64,000 bases of DNA from a candidate division FCPU426 bacterium (lineage in GTDB: Bacteria; Oederibacteriota; Muellerivitia; Muellerivitales; Muellerivitaceae): assembly GCA_963830915.1 (NCBI GenBank), contig CAWHOE010000057.1, positions 32,001-96,000 of the forward strand, given 5' to 3'. The translations under genes and the position numbers were made by a program. How positions within the stretch are numbered: position 1 is the first letter of the stretch; each line of letters begins with the position of its first letter. The notes beneath the pieces were generated by a model. The model did not search any database. It was not told the DNA's origin and was given only the letters and a program-made list of their open reading frames with translations. Of this stretch, positions 62,879 to 64,000 are shown in pieces.

Positions 62879-63928
62879 TTGTACTTTGACGATTTCACGG
62901 GGAACCTGAAAAAGAAACCCCTGCCGTTCCTCATCCTTTTCTTCGGGGATTCGGAAGGCGGGTTGGCCGAAGGTCACAAGCTGTTCCGCCAGGCTTTCCA
63001 AAAAGCGAACCAGGACGGGACGATCCAGACCCTGGACGGGGCCCAGCATGGCATGACCTACGTGGTCTCCACGGCCCAGACCAGCCAGCTATTCGCCACA
63101 GGCCAATTGATCGTCATACACCACGCGGAAAAGATATTGGGCGGGCATTCCGAATCGGCCGTCAAACAGCTGGTGGAATATTTCGAGAATCCAAATCCCT
63201 CCTCTTATCTTCTTTTCCTCGCCTCCGGGATGAAGAAGAACTCCAAGGCCGTGACGGCCGTTGAGAAAAAAGGCTGGGCGGTACAATGTTCCGAGATGCC
63301 CGATTGGAAATTGACCAGCTGGGTGCTGGAAAAAGCCAAGACCCTGGGCATCGGGTTGACCGAAGAGGGAGCCCAGGTGCTCATCCAGAAGGTCGGACCG
63401 GACATGGCCTTGTTGCAGAACGCGCTGGAACACCTGCTCATCTATCTGCATCCCAAGAAATCCGCTTCCGCTGAGGATGTTCGCAATCTTCCCGTGCCGG
63501 GCATCGAAGCGGATATCTTTCCCTTCGTGGACGCCATGGCGACCCGCCAGGGAGAAAAGGCCCTCAAACTCCTGGACCGTATGCCACCCAATTCGGATAC
63601 GGGCGCTGTGATGATGCTTTATCAAAGGATGAGGGAATTGCTGTTGGTTTCCATCGGCCGGTCCAACGGCTGGGACCAAGGAACGGCGGCCCAACAACTG
63701 GGGCTCCATCCCTTCCGCATCAAGAACCTTTGGGACCAAAGCGCTTATTACAGCGTGACTGAACTTAAAAAAGCGATGAACGACCTGATCCATTTGCAAG
63801 CGGGGACCGTGACAGGAAGGCTGGGCAAGGGCGCGGTGGCCGTGACGCTGGAGGGTTGGATACTGAAATGGGGCAAAAAAAAGCGGCTCCCGCGCGGGGA
63901 GCCGCCATTAAATGAGATTACTTCTTGA
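62879..63928 (+). CDS. holA: DNA polymerase III delta subunit
   Basis: leuS-lptE-holA synteny; T..LF....L, L..WV...AK..G, IF.FVDA, LGLHPFR. Confidence 0.85.
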   Translation: MYFDDFTGNLKKKPLPFLILFFGDSEGGLAEGHKLFRQAFQKANQDGTIQTLDGAQHGMTYVVSTAQTSQLFATGQLIVIHHAEKILGGHSESAVKQLVEYFENPNPSSYLLFLASGMKKNSKAVTAVEKKGWAVQCSEMPDWKLTSWVLEKAKTLGIGLTEEGAQVLIQKVGPDMALLQNALEHLLIYLHPKKSASAEDVRNLPVPGIEADIFPFVDAMATRQGEKALKLLDRMPPNSDTGAVMMLYQRMRELLLVSIGRSNGWDQGTAAQQLGLHPFRIKNLWDQSAYYSVTELKKAMNDLIHLQAGTVTGRLGKGAVAVTLEGWILKWGKKKRLPRGEPPLNEITS

Positions 63929-64000
63929 CGAACTTCTTGTGAACGAAGGACGAAAGACGAGAAACATGGCGGGAAGCGGTATTGCGCTTCATGGTGCCGT
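63918..64000 (-). CDS. rpsT: 30S ribosomal protein S20, C-terminal part (runs off the window)
   Basis: Reverse translation GTMKRNTASRHVSRLSSFVHKKFVKK*; convergent with holA, as commonly seen. Confidence 0.8.
   Translation of the reverse strand, partial: GTMKRNTASRHVSRLSSFVHKKFVKK

Overview
Bacterial chromosomal window, almost all on the + strand. Core-gene anchors are recN (14.1 kb), an ArgA-like acetyltransferase plus RDD-like membrane gene (23.5-24.8 kb) and leuS-lptE-hyp-holA-rpsT (59-64 kb). Two accessory regions lie around them. (1) An AT-rich patch at 3.4-14.0 kb holds SRAP, an orphan UmuD, a 15 x 33-bp tandem array, a ParB-HTH/TM/VirB8-like ORF, ORF6N and two independently inserted IS481-family copies. 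(2) A ~34-kb tract at 24.8-58.9 kb holds co-oriented, mostly secreted or lipoprotein genes (NHL, Kelch, SBBP, LRR, Gly/Cys-rich, beta-barrels). The main unexplained structure is in region 2. At least 13 intergenic gaps carry a conserved bipartite motif (ttttccacGGAATAAAT...GTCTTATA..taggg, GGAATA and GTCT usually 16 nt apart). Many copies are preceded by a decayed copy of the 3' end of the RDD-like gene that borders the tract. This suggests an expanding gene-cassette array in which each unit carries a duplicated target end plus an ECF-sigma-like promoter or recombination site, although no integrase is present in the window. No rRNA, tRNA or CRISPR array was seen. Protein family calls are from motif recognition by eye, not database searches, and taxonomy cannot be determined.
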